Shown here: in pieces, positions 37,672 to 49,629 of the stretch | Position numbering within the stretch: position 1 is the first letter of the stretch | Layout of the letters: each line of letters opens with the position of its first letter | Source of the DNA: Hypanus sabinus | Taxonomy: Eukaryota | DNA: 64,000 nt | Reading direction: 5' to 3' | Assembly: GCF_030144855.1 (NCBI RefSeq) | Contig: NC_082716.1 | Coordinates: forward strand, 53,382,001-53,446,000 | Position numbers and translations under genes: made by a program | The notes under the pieces: generated by a model | What the model saw: the letters and a program-made list of their open reading frames with translations, nothing else | The model's database searches: none | What the model was told of the DNA's origin: nothing

Positions 37672-39266
37672 CTCACCAGGTTATGAGAATATGGGCTCAG
37701 AGTTAATCAACAGAAATGTGAGTTTTTCAAAAAGGAAATCTCATACTGTGGGCATGTGATCAACAAGGATGATTTACACATGTCTCGAGACAAGATAGAA
37801 GCGGTGCCTAAGGCACCACCACCTGAAAATGTGTCTCAGCTGAGAGCTTATCTTGGACTCGTGAACTATTACCACAAGTTCTCGCCTAACCTATCCACAG
37901 TCCTACACCCATTAAATGCACTATTCCAGACAGGGACACAATAGAAGTGGACTGAGAGCTGTGAGAAGGCATTTCAAGAAACTAAAAGACTCACAGCTTC
38001 GAAAGGGGTGCTTGCACACTTTCACCCCTCCTTACCAATCCAAATGGCTTGTGATGCCTCACCCCATGCGGTTGGAGCTGTGTTATTGCACAAGTTTTCA
38101 GATGGCTCAGAAAGACCAATAGCCTTTACCTGAAGGACACTTACTTCAGCTGAACGCAACTACACATGGATTGAGAGAGAAGCATTAAGCCTAGTGTGGG
38201 CAGTCAAGAAATTCAGTCACTATCTGTATGGTCAAACGTTTACCCTGTCGACTAATCATCAGCCTCTCGTGTCAATCTTCAACCCAAGGAAAGCTGTTCC
38301 AGTGATGACAGCACAAAGGCTGCAGCGATGCTCTGTGTTCTGAGGAGGTCACAAGTATGACATTGAACACAAGGGGACCAAGCAACATGGCAATGCAGAT
38401 GGTTTGTCACGTTTACCACTGCTGACTTCTGAGATAACTACACAAATGGATTCAGCAGAGGTCTTTCACACAATAGTTGAACAATTACCAGTGACAAACA
38501 GCCTCATTGACAGAGAAACACACAATAACCCTATGTTGTCAAAAGTGTATGACATCATGGTAAACAGACGGCCAGCGTGTAGTAACACACTGTTCTCAGC
38601 CTTCTCAGTCAGCAAGGAACAGTTGTCAGTGTGTTGGGGAACACTAATGTGTGGTTCATGAGTTGTGATTCCTCCCAAGCTACGCACCAGAGTGCTGGAG
38701 GAACTGCAGAAGGGGCACCTGGGTATCGTGAAGATGAAAAGTCTTGCCCGTACCTATGTGTGGAGGCCAGGAATCGATAAACAGATTGAGGACTTGACCA
38801 AGAACTGCTCTGTCAGAATATCTAGAACACACCAAGCCCCTCTCCATTTGTGGGAGTGCCCTCATCACCATGGCAATGAGTACACATCGACTTTGCTGGA
38901 CCATTCATGGACTCTATCATTTTAATCGCAGTCAATGCACATTCCAAATGGCCAGAGGTCATCAAAATGAAGACAACCACATCAGAAAAGACCATTACAG
39001 TGCTGAGGGCCATGTTCGCCAGGAATGGTATACCAGAACAAATCTGCACAGACCACGGATGACAATTTGTCTCTGAAGAATTCCAAAGTTTTGTGAAGAA
39101 CAATGGAATCAAGCACTTTATATCTGCCCCTTAGCATCCATCCACAAATGGCTTGGCAGAAAGGTTTATGCAGACATTCAAGAAAGCCATCAAGGCAATG
39201 GACGGCGAAAATCGACCACTGCAACACAAGATGGACAACTTCCTCCTAGCTGATTGTAATGCAGTA

Positions 39267-41464
39267 CAGGTTTCCCCCACTAGCCGAAGGTAGAGTGTTC
39301 CTATGAAGCCATTTGTAAGCCAGACTAACGTATCCACTCATGTACTCAGAGAAAAGCACTTGGGTATTCCAACCATTTGGATGTGAACAGGACACAACAG
39401 GAAGTGTTTTCTTATCAATGCCTTTAATTGCCCACAGATTTTCTGAATTGTACACTAGCAGAGGCTTAAGGACAGCATCACCAGTGGTGTTAAACATAGA
39501 AACATAGAAAATAGGTGCAGGAGTAGGCCATTCGGCCCTTCAAGCCTGCACCGCCATTCTGTATGATCATGGCTGATCATCCAACTCAGAACCCTGTACC
39601 TGCTTTCTCTCCATACCCCCGATCCCTTTAGCCACAAGGGCCATATCCAACTTCCTCTTAAATATAGCCAATTAACCGGCCTCAACTGTTTCCTGTGGCA
39701 GAGAATTCCACAGATTCACCACACTCTGTATGAAGAAGTTTTTCCTCATCTCGGTCCTAAAAGACTTCCCCTTTATCCTTAAACTGTGACCCCTCGTTCT
39801 GGACTTCCCCAACATCAGAAACAATCTTCCTGCATCTAGCCTGTCCAATCCCTTTAGAATTTTATATGTTTCAATAAGATTCCCCCCTCAATCTTCTAAA
39901 TTCCAGTGAGTATAAGCCTAGTAGATCCAGTCTTTCTTCATATGAAAGTCCTGCCATCCCAGGAATCAATCTGGTGAACCTTCTCTGTACTCCCTCTATG
40001 GCAAGAATGTCTTTCCTCAGATTAGGGGACCAAAACTGCACACAATGCTCTAGGTGCGGTCTCACCAAGGCCTTGTACAACTGCAGTAGAACCTCCCTGC
40101 TCCTGTACTCAAATCCTTTTGCTATGAATGCCAACATACCATTTGCCTTTTTCACCAACTGCTGTACCTGCATGCCTACCTTCAATGACTGGTGTACAAT
40201 GATACCCAGGTCTCGTTGCACCTCCCCTTTTCCTAATCGGCTACCATTCAGGTAATAATCTGTTTTCCTGTTCTTGCAACCGAAGTGGATAACCTCGCAT
40301 TTATCCACATTAAATTGCATCTGCCATGAATTTGCCCACTCACCTAACCTATCCAAGTCATCCTACATCCTCTTAGCATCCTCCTCACAGATAACACCGC
40401 CGCCCAGCTTCGTGTCATCCGCAAACTTGGAGATGCTGCATTTAATTCCCTCGTCTAAATCATTAATATATATTGTAAACAACTGGGTTCCCAGCACTGA
40501 GCCTTGTGGTACCCCACTAATCACTGCCTGCAATTCTGAAAGGGTCCCAGTAGGGTAAACCTGTCCTTCGTTGCCTTGCGTCCCTTAGCCTGCTTTTCTT
40601 CTATAAATATAAATGTCTTGCTCAGCAATTTTTTCCAATAAATTGCAGTTTCGTCACGGTTAAACACTTGCTCATATGAATAACCACCTTCTGTAATTAT
40701 TTTCTTCAGTTCTTCAGTGGGAACTTTTTGGCAGCTTCAGTATCAGCTGAAGCACTCTCTCCAGTAAACGTTAAACTATGAACCTGCCCTCACCTCAGAA
40801 ACCAATCAAACCACCCATGACTACCTTTAAGTTACACTTTCGCAACACTTTCATCACCATCATCCAGTGCTTTCTGTTTTAGCTTATTAAACAGACTGAC
40901 TGATTTCTCCTTAAGTATAAGATAACTTATACCTCGCTTTGTACACCCATCAATCCACTCAAGCAATAGACTTTTCATTTTATCCATTATTGGATGCTGA
41001 CTAAGAGAGACCACTTTGCTACAAGCAGAGCCAACAGTAATGGAAGCATCCAACATTCTTTCTTTCTGCGTATAAATAGTGCAAACGGTGGACACAGACA
41101 AGTTCAATGCGCGGACAATGTCCTTACTTAGTTCACCACGATCAAAATGCTTAATTATGTCTAGTTTTATGCTAAGTGTAACACCCTTACAGGCTCTTTT
41201 AGGCCTTTCCGATACCTTAGAACTCATCTTGCTAATGGATGCACAAAATAAATCGACATAAAGCACAGATGCTCACAGGCACGTGTTTGAACAAAGGCAC
41301 CTAGAATGCAGTTCCGGGGGAGGAGCTTGGCTGCTCGGGGTGTGCGCTGACTTTTTCTCGTAATAGTGAAAACACCTTCTCTTAGCGAAAACAGGCAACT
41401 AATGTAGGTCCTTCGTAACAGCAAGGTGTCGTAAATCGAACATTCAAAAAACGGGGGCCACCTG
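39267..41464 (-). mobile_element. Tigger-like (TIGD1-type) pogo transposon inserted in Gypsy integrase
   Basis: TA|caggt...acctg|TA termini; ORF 40832-41266 psq/CENP-B HTH; NTTGDAVLKPLLVYNSEN fragment; the host IN reads NAV|HETTNQTPA across it. Confidence 0.9.
39492..40545 (-). mobile_element. Young 5'-truncated CR1 inserted in the Tigger
   Basis: ORF 39871-40356 is close to CR1 consensus (WQMQFNVDKCEVIHFG..LYKALVRPHLE); intact (CTATGTTT)n tail at 39492-39510. Confidence 0.93.
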
Positions 41465-42776
41465 TACATGAAACCACTAACCAGACTCCAGCAGTAGTGT
41501 TTCTGAACAGGAACCTAAGGTCCCGCATGGATCTTCACAAACCAGATATATGGTGTGATGTGGAGAACAGACAGTTCAAACACTTGAATACTAAGCCAAC
41601 AGGGAGCTTCAGTGTGGGACACTCAGTTCTTGCACGTGATTACCGGACTGAAAAGTGGCAGCCGGGTACAATTTCTGCCATAGACAGGCCACTGATGTGT
41701 AGAGTACAGGTGGGAGAGAACGTATGGAGACGTCATTGGACCAAATCCTGGATAATCAGGTGAAAAAACACAACACCTTGCCCAGACTCCCCTGACATAG
41801 AAGCAAACACTCCTGATGTGACCACATCAGCCTCATCTACAGATAAACCTGTCGTCAGTGCATGACCCACCTGATGTACCTGTGGAGACTCATTCCCCAA
41901 AGCAAATGTTTCAGGACAGATGTTACCCAGAGAGGCAGAGAAGACCCCCCCAGAGTCTTGAGTTCTAAATGGGTCCTAGATCAAAAGTTAAAAAGAAGGC
42001 TTGTTATAATTTGATATTATTAAGTTACTTTGTTATAATTTGTAAACGAATGGTAGGCATTTGTATGTTAAGGGTAAACATATTCATTTAGCATAGTGCC
42101 CCAGTTAGAAAAACAGTTGATATACTATTAAAATAAAAGGGGAGGAGTGTACTGTATAGCCTGCATTATAATAAGGGACTACTTTATGTTTTAGTAATAT
42201 GTCGTTGCATGCGCTATTAGGTGCATATTGATCTGTATGTATGTGTCAAGTTCGGACTCTACTAGTAAAGAGCCATGAAACTTAGTTCCCGTCTCCAGTG
42301 TTTTTATTAATAACATAGTTGTGTAAACAGGCCACATACACAATACCCCTAAATAGCTCAAAATACCTTAACCAATATTTTATTCAGTGTCTAGTATGAA
42401 TTTATTATTAATGATTTACTTCATTATGCCATACATATATTTGTAAACAAAATAAACATTTCTAATTTGGTGCCATTTGACCTTGAGAAAATGATCTATT
42501 CTAAACCTATATCTCTCCCACTGCTTATGTGGCAAAATTTCATTAAGGGGGCAGCACCAGCCTTTGCGTTTCCTCCCAGCCTGTTGCAGCTTACCACCAT
42601 TTTCCACAGTTTTTTTTTTGCGAACTTCACATTTGATGTCATTTGTAAATTTTAAGATTGTGATCCCAAGTGCACTTGGAACTCATGGATTTCAAACCAG
42701 ACTTTGGAATATTCTCTACAGTCTGTGAACTCCGTCATCAAGTACAAAAACAGAAGGTATATGGGAACGCCATCCC

Positions 42777-42965
42777 TGTGGTAAACCATGTATACCTGTC
42801 TGGACATGCCCCTCTGCTGACTGCTCCTGTGGCTCCTCCCACAGACCCCTGGATAAAGGCGATTGGGGCACTGCTCCTCCCTCAGTCTTCAACATGGTCG
42901 TTTCCTTTTTTTGCTGTTAATAAGAGCCTATCGTTCACTTCCAGTCTCCTATTGATGGTGCATCA
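42777..42965 (+). mobile_element. Short solo LTR (189 bp)
   Basis: TG...CA with perfect 5-bp TSD ATCCC (42772-76, 42966-70). Confidence 0.8.
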
Positions 42966-42970
42966 ATCCC

Positions 42971-43170
42971 CTTCCATCCTCACTTGCAAACTGACTTGGT
43001 CTTTCATTGTCATTGGATCTACTGAACAGCACTGTCTTGCATCTTCACAGTTAGGAGTACACCAGTTCAAGAAGGCAGCTCAATACCAGCTTCTAAGGAC
43101 AATAAGCAATAGGCAATAAATGCTGGCCTTGCCAGTAGTGCCCATGTTATGAAAATGAATAACAAAAAAT
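42971..43170 (+). mobile_element. Ancient L2-like LINE/SINE 3' tail
   Basis: cagttcaagaaggcagctca...ggcaataaatgctggccttgccag tail motif. Confidence 0.6.
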
Positions 43171-44913
43171 GTCAGCTTCAATAGAATGTATAATTGCTGT
43201 CAATCAAATTGTAATACTTATTTATCCACATTTTCTCAGAATATTTTAATGTGCCTATAATGGAACATGTAATCAAACGTTTTATCAATTTATACGCACT
43301 TCAACCAACAACTTCCATTTATCTATCTAATCAGTCAATTCTTACGAAAAACTCACTTAAGTTAATTAACAGTAATTTTCCTTTAACTAGCCTACGCTGG
43401 CTGCCCTTGTTTAAGTTTGCACATTCTTAAATATTCAGAAATGTTATCTCAAATTGTGGATTTTAAGAGCTCACACAGAACCAATTAAATTAATTAGTTT
43501 ACAGATACCTGGTTTAATTTTTCTCTCATCTTAAACAATCAGCTCTATCAATTACCCTTCAGCCTCAAAGAACAATTTACCTTTCTAATTAGTTAAAAAC
43601 CTGTGGCCAGAGCCTTTGATATCACTGTGTTTATTCAGCAGTTTGGGGCACCAGAAACCAATATCCAATGATTCCTTAGCTTTCAATTTTATCTTTTTCA
43701 AAACTGTTTATTTTTTCTAAAATTGTTTCAAACTATTCATTCTTTGACCCCTCCTCTTTTTCTGGAGTTACTTTGGCTGCAGTATTTCACATCATACAAT
43801 CATACAAGATGGGATTGTAAAACTTGAACCAAATTTTATTTCCGATGCCTGGGTTATCATAGTGAATAGGTTTTTCTTTCTGTGGAGCAGTTGACAATAT
43901 TTTGAAGCCAACTCCAGAGAAATGAATGATTGTGACTTGCCAACAATAGTGTTAAAGCTGGAATGAGGAATAATCACTTAAAATAAGAGGCATTGTCAAC
44001 TAACCTTGCATCTTCTGGTCCTTCAAATGATAATTTTAAATTTTTTTGATGTATCCTTGGTAGAATTTCAATTTAAAATTGTTGAACTTCAAGCAAATTT
44101 AACAAAATTAAGCCACACAGGTCCCTAATTTTCACATCAAAATCAATTATTTACTAATATAGGCCAGCACTGAAGTCCACCTACATTAATCCCCTATTAA
44201 AGAGGCAGTGGTGAAATGGTTAGGTCTAGCAATGTAAATAGTTAGGTTTACCAAGTTCATTTTACGGGCATTAACAAAAATTAATACCAATTTCAATAAC
44301 TTAAAAAGTTGATAAATATTGGTTTAGTGCAAGTGGGTAGTTAATGTTTAGTAGAGACTGAATTAGTCAAAGGACCTGTTTTAGTGCATATACCTATAAC
44401 TTAAAATTGACCCCTTGCTGCATACCATAGAATTATTGACAATCTCTCCATGTGAGGACAGAGGGTGAAAATAAAATAGATTCGGTTTCCTTTCTCAGTG
44501 CTCTGATTGCAGTTAGCTCTGCATTTTAAAAATATGGCCAAAGCAAGAGGTTCCTGAATATAATCTCTATAGGTTCCTTTCTAATGTCAAATTAACGATA
44601 GAATCCCACATGGACTACTTGCTGTTTCATACTTGCCAATGAAAGCCATGCTGAGTTGAGCACTCTAATCTCATACTGACTTAAAATGATGCCCTCTGGG
44701 AGTAGCTTTCATGCCATAATCCTTGATGGATATGGACCAGTATGTCAACTGTAGATTGCTAATTGCAGTGCAGCAGTGAACACAAAGTAAGGTCCTGAGG
44801 GACAAAGTTGTTTCGGAGAATGGACTGAAAGTCAGGTAAAGTGAACTACAAAATAAAAATAAATCAGAACCACATTTGAAGTGAGGGAAACCCAGGATTA
44901 TATTACCTTGAGC

Positions 44914-45052
44914 AAAAAAAACAAACTTCCGGAGAAACTCAATGGGTCAGGCAGTATCTGCGGAGTCTCCCTAGGTACTGCCTGACATGATGAGTTCCTC
45001 CAGTTGTTTGCTTTTATTATTCAAGATTGGAGCATTGCAGTCTCTTGTGTCT
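44914..45052. mobile_element. Palindromic fragment derived from Penelope pLTR ends
   Basis: ggagaaactcaatgggtcaggcagtatct / aggtactgcctgacatgatgagttcctcc inverted pair, homologous to the pLTR end. Confidence 0.65.
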
Positions 45053-45289
45053 TCATGTTTGTACCTGGCACGAGTTTTTGGATAAGCACTGGAGTTGGTT
45101 GCAGAAGGCTGCCATATTAGCAATTGAATTTTGGCTGACACAATCAATTGGTTCAGGCTGTTGCCACACTTTAAGGCAGCATCTCCTTAAAACAGTTTAG
45201 TAATGAATGGAGTTTTATTTGTTGGACTCTCCGAGGCAGAGTCAGAAAAGTGGAACAAGGGAAATATTCAAAGAGAAGCAGAACAGAAG

Positions 45290-46975
45290 AAGAGGGAACA
45301 CTACAACATTAGACAGACCATTTGGACCGTGATGTTGTGACAGTCTTGATGGCAATTTTTACTAAATGTTCTCCTCCTGTCTTTCATTCATATCCCTCCA
45401 TTCCCTTCATCTGTCTATTTAAAAGCTTCTTAAACTCCACCAAACTGCCTGCGTTCACTACTAAACTTAGTCAACTATTCCAGGCACGTAACACTCACTA
45501 TTCTTTTAAAAATTGCCCTCACAGCACCCTTAAACATTTCCATGCTAATATTAAAGGCATGTCCTCTGATATTTGGCATTTCTACCCTAAGGATACGATT
45601 CTGATTGTCTACCGTATATATGCCTCTCATAATTTTAAAAGCATCTATCAAGCTTCCACTCAGCCTCTGATGCTCTGGAGAGAACAACACAAGTTTGTAT
45701 AACTTTTCCTTACAGCTCATATCTTTTAAAATAAGCAGCACCCTGGCAAACCTTTTCTGTATCCCCTTCACAGTCTCCACATCCATCCGTTAATGGGACA
45801 TTCAGAACTACATGTAACACAAATGTAGTCTGACTAAAGCTTTATACATCTGCAGCATGACTTCACTTCAACCCCCTACTAATGAAGGTATGCATGCCAG
45901 ATGGCTTCTTAACCACTCTTCCCAGATGTGTAGCCATTTTCAGTTAATAATCAATCTGGACCTCAAGATCCCTCTGTTTCTTAATGCTATTCAGGGGTCT
46001 AAACCATATACATTTGACCTCCCAAAGAGCACCACCTCATACTTGCCCAGAATAAACTCCATTTGCCATTTCTCTGCTCCTATCTGTGACTGATCTATAT
46101 CTCATATAAAGGATAATTCTTGGGGAATCATTTACACAGTCCATGACTGCACCAATCATTGCCATCTATAAACTTGCTAAAGGATCCATTTACGTTTTCA
46201 TCCAAATCATTCATATACTGTATGTTACAAACAAGAGAGGCCCTAGCACCAATCTTTGAAGTACACCACTAGTCACAGACCTCCAGTAAGTAAAGCTGTC
46301 TTCCGTGCATACTGCCTGTCTTCTATGGTAACCCAGTCCTAAATCCAATGCATCTTTATCTTCTGAATCATTTTACCATGAGGAACCTTTTCAAATACTG
46401 TACTGAAGTTGATGTAGATAATGTCCATTACCTTACCCTCAACAAGTTCAAAAATCTCAGTCAACTTTATGAGACATGACCTGCCCAGCACAGATCCATA
46501 TTGCCTTTCCAAGTGTGCATAAATCCAACCTCTTAGTATCCTATCCAAAACCTTCCCTACCACAGGCAAGGCTCATTGATCTTCAACTGCCTATATTAAT
46601 CCTATTTTCTTTCACAAGCAAAAGCACACTAGTTGATACTCTCCAGTCCTCTGGGACCTTGGCTACTGCTAGTGAGGACAGAAAAAGCTTTGACAAAGCT
46701 ACAGCAATCTCCTCACTTGCTTCTTTCAATGTTCTGGGATATATGACATCAATTCCTTGGGGGTTTTGTCCATCTTAATGCTTTTCGGAAGACAGAGCAC
46801 TACCTCTTCCTTAATCTCAAAATGTCCCAGCATGTCAGTATACTACACTGTGCCTTCACTAACCTCCAGTTTCATTTCCTTGGTAAATACCAACACAAAG
46901 TGCTCATTTAATACCTAAACCATTTGCTCTGACTCCAAACAGAAACTCCCACCTTTATCCTTGACTGGTCTTAGT
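45290..46975 (-). mobile_element. Old CR1, fragmented
   Basis: ORFs 45475-45786 and 46339-46569 (VVGKVLDRIL..FEKVPHGKM). Confidence 0.8.
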
Positions 46976-47934
46976 TATAGAACATAGAGCAGTACAGTAC
47001 AGACCCTTTGCCCCATGATGTAGTTAAGGTAAGAATGCTGTAATTAGAAGTTTAATGTCCGCATGGATTTGATGGGTCATTGGATTTGTTTCTGTGCTGG
47101 AACTCTATATAACTCTATGAAATTTATTCTGACATTTGACGGTTTTCCCAATGCAAATTTCAAGTGTGGGCCCATGTCCCGAAGCTCGAACTGTGTAACA
47201 GTGCAATTCCTCCCCAACCTATCTCCAACATATTGGGTTGCCTGGAACGAGGCTGACAATGACAGCCATCTATGCTGAAAATGCAAAAGCACTGAATATT
47301 TTTGAATTTCAGTAACAATCAAAAACTCTTGTAAATTATGTAAATTATAAAATTCATAAAAGATCTTTTAAACTTAATTTAAACAAAGACTTAATTAAAA
47401 TGATTTAAATGCACAATATTTTAAAAAATCTAGATCAGCTAAATTATAATTGGAAGTTTAATAGTCAATGAAGAGGGAGGTCTATGATTACAATAGGATC
47501 TAGATCAACTTGGTGAAGTGGGCCTAAGAATAGCAGATGGAATTTAACTTGGACAAGTGTGAGGTGTTGTACTTTGGTAAGTTAAACAAGAGGAGGGCTC
47601 ATAGAGTAAATGGTATCACTCTGAGGAAAGTTGTAGAATGAAAAGCCTTAAAGGGTATGTGTACATAAATCTCTTAAAGTAGGGGCAGTGGACAAGGTGA
47701 TGAAGAAGTCATTTTGCACACTTACCTTCATAGATCAAATATTTTCAACAGGAGTTGAGAAAGACGTCCTCAAGTTGGAAAGGCTTCAGAAAAGATTCAC
47801 AAGGAAGTTACTGGGACTGAAGGGCTGGCAGACTGGGACTATTTTCCCTTGAGCAAAGGAGGCTGAGAGGTAACATTATGGAGGTCTATACAATCATGAA
47901 GGGCAAAGTAAGTTGAATAGCCAACTTATTAGAC

Positions 47935-48187
47935 CATATTTGTTCTTAGCAAGTGTTTCTGTAGAAATGGTTTGCCATTGCTTTCTTCCGGACAGTGTCT
48001 TTACAAGACAGGTGATCCCAGTCATTATCAATATTGTCTGCCTAGCATCAGTGGTCACATGACCAGGAATTGTGATTGTGACCCTGATCGAGGGGTTAAC
48101 CTTGCCAAAGGGTGACCTGCAGGCTAGCGGAGGGAAAGAGTGCCTTACACCTCCTTTGGTAGAGACGTATCTCCACCCCACCACCCA
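47935..48187 (-). mobile_element. RTE-tailed SINE-like element, copy 1 (within a plus-strand CR1 at about 47470-48240)
   Basis: Minus-strand tail gaaagcaatggcaaaccatttc resembles RTE/BovB 3' ends; near-duplicate at 48503-48742. Confidence 0.75.
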
Positions 48188-48502
48188 GTTCCTCCACAGT
48201 CAGTGGGTTTAAAATTAGAGGGTGTATTTTAAGGTTCATTCTCAGGAAGATTTATCTGCCAGATATTTTTCCTGATCAACACTACTCAGAGGTATGGATC
48301 CTGAATTCTCACTACTTGGTGCTCCAACATTACCTGAACATATGCAGAATGAGAGCCTCATAGGCACCAGGAGAGTCGGAGAACACCATTGGTCCTCTCA
48401 GCATGGATCCTGATGCCTGCATCAGTCTGGGCTCTCTGCAGATGCAGAAGGTTCAAGCTAGCTTGAACATGCAAGCTTCTTTACATAACATCATCACTGT
48501 CA

Positions 48503-48742
48503 TTGTATTTGTTCTTGGCAAATGTTTCGACAAAAGTGGTTGGTCATTGCCTTCTTTTGGGCAGTGTCTTTACAAGCTGGGTGATCCCAGTCATTATCAA
48601 TATCAGTGGTCACATGACCAGAACTTGTGACTGTGACCCTGATTGAAGGGCTAACCTTGCCCGAGGGTGACCTGCAGGCTAGCAGAGGGAAGAAGCGCCT
48701 TACACCTCCTTTGGTAGAGACGTATCTCCACCCCACCACCCA
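48503..48742 (-). mobile_element. RTE-tailed SINE-like element, copy 2
   Basis: Direct repeat of 47935-48187; ORFs 47894-48184 and 48500-48739 both begin MVGWRYVSTKGGVR. Confidence 0.75.
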
Positions 48743-49150
48743 GTTCTCTAAACACAGCTGCAGTTCCAGAGGAAGAGCAGTACAGAGATCCCAAGCCTGA
48801 CGGAGGGGAGGAGCAAGAAGATGATGCAGGGTATTGGAGGAAATCCCAGCAGAACACTAGCACCCACATTGCCCTTGGAGGTGCAGGAGGAGAAACTGGA
48901 CCCACAGGCATTACGGGACCCCTTCGAAGGTATCTTTCATTAAGAGCAAGCTAAATTTAAAGTAGGGGAAAATGTGGACAACATGACAAACTGATCATAG
49001 CACATGCAGACAGAATGATAATAGCATTCATATGAACGAATCGCTGGTCTGTTCACTCTGCAACTATCCTCACTGTTGTCGATCTTGCAAGGACACAGAC
49101 CAGGAGGAAAGCTGCAGAACCCAGTCACACAAATGTCGTTCTTTGAGTCA

Positions 49151-49247
49151 ACACACACAGAATGTTGAAGGAACTCACAGGTCAGGCAGTATCTATGAAA
49201 ATGAATAGATAATCAATGTTTTGGGCCAAGACCTTTCTTCAGGACTG
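49151..49247 (-). mobile_element. Decayed Penelope pLTR fragment with degenerate hammerhead
   Basis: acacacacagaatgttgaaggaactcacaggtcaggcag...ttgggccaagacctttcttcaggact; possible TSD tgagtca/tgattca. Confidence 0.7.
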
Positions 49248-49629
49248 ATTCACACTAACTCGGTCACTCTCAGGAGGGCCTCCCTACATTTACTGGGCCT
49301 ATAAGGCCATAAAGCCAATACACAGGTGCTACCCTATAAAACCAGCAGGGACACACACACTTTTTTAATGATATCTCTCCTACTTTATCATTTTGAAACG
49401 GCCATATAATGTACAATTAGGTTGGGTTATGTACTACCCAGACCACATCCCTTCCATTATTGTGAAGATGATCCAATTGTTAATGACAGAGAATCACCTG
49501 GACAGAAAAGCTCATTAATTTTGACGAAGGTTGAGGTCAGTGTAGTACAATGAACAGCTGAATATGAAAACTGTTTTGTTAGCACGTTGGAATTAGTGCT
49601 GGTGGATACCATTCTCTTGTTCTTCCTAG

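Larger units (their letters stand above)
35420..42342 (+). mobile_element. 5'-truncated Gypsy provirus with 3' LTR, carrying four nested insertions
   Basis: gag (LRDRLVCGI..CYCCGNMSHDPEDC..CRICGKQGHIGRVC), PR (LDTGSA), RT (FTKIDLAQAYLQM..CYLGDIIV), RNase H (CDASPHAVGAVL), IN 38680-39260 and 41467-41760; PPT 42131-42147; LTR 42148-about 42342. Confidence 0.92.

Noticed and set aside
40832-41266. TIGD1-like host gene
   Set aside because: Lies between TIRs with a TA TSD, is disrupted by CR1 and lacks the DDE C-terminus
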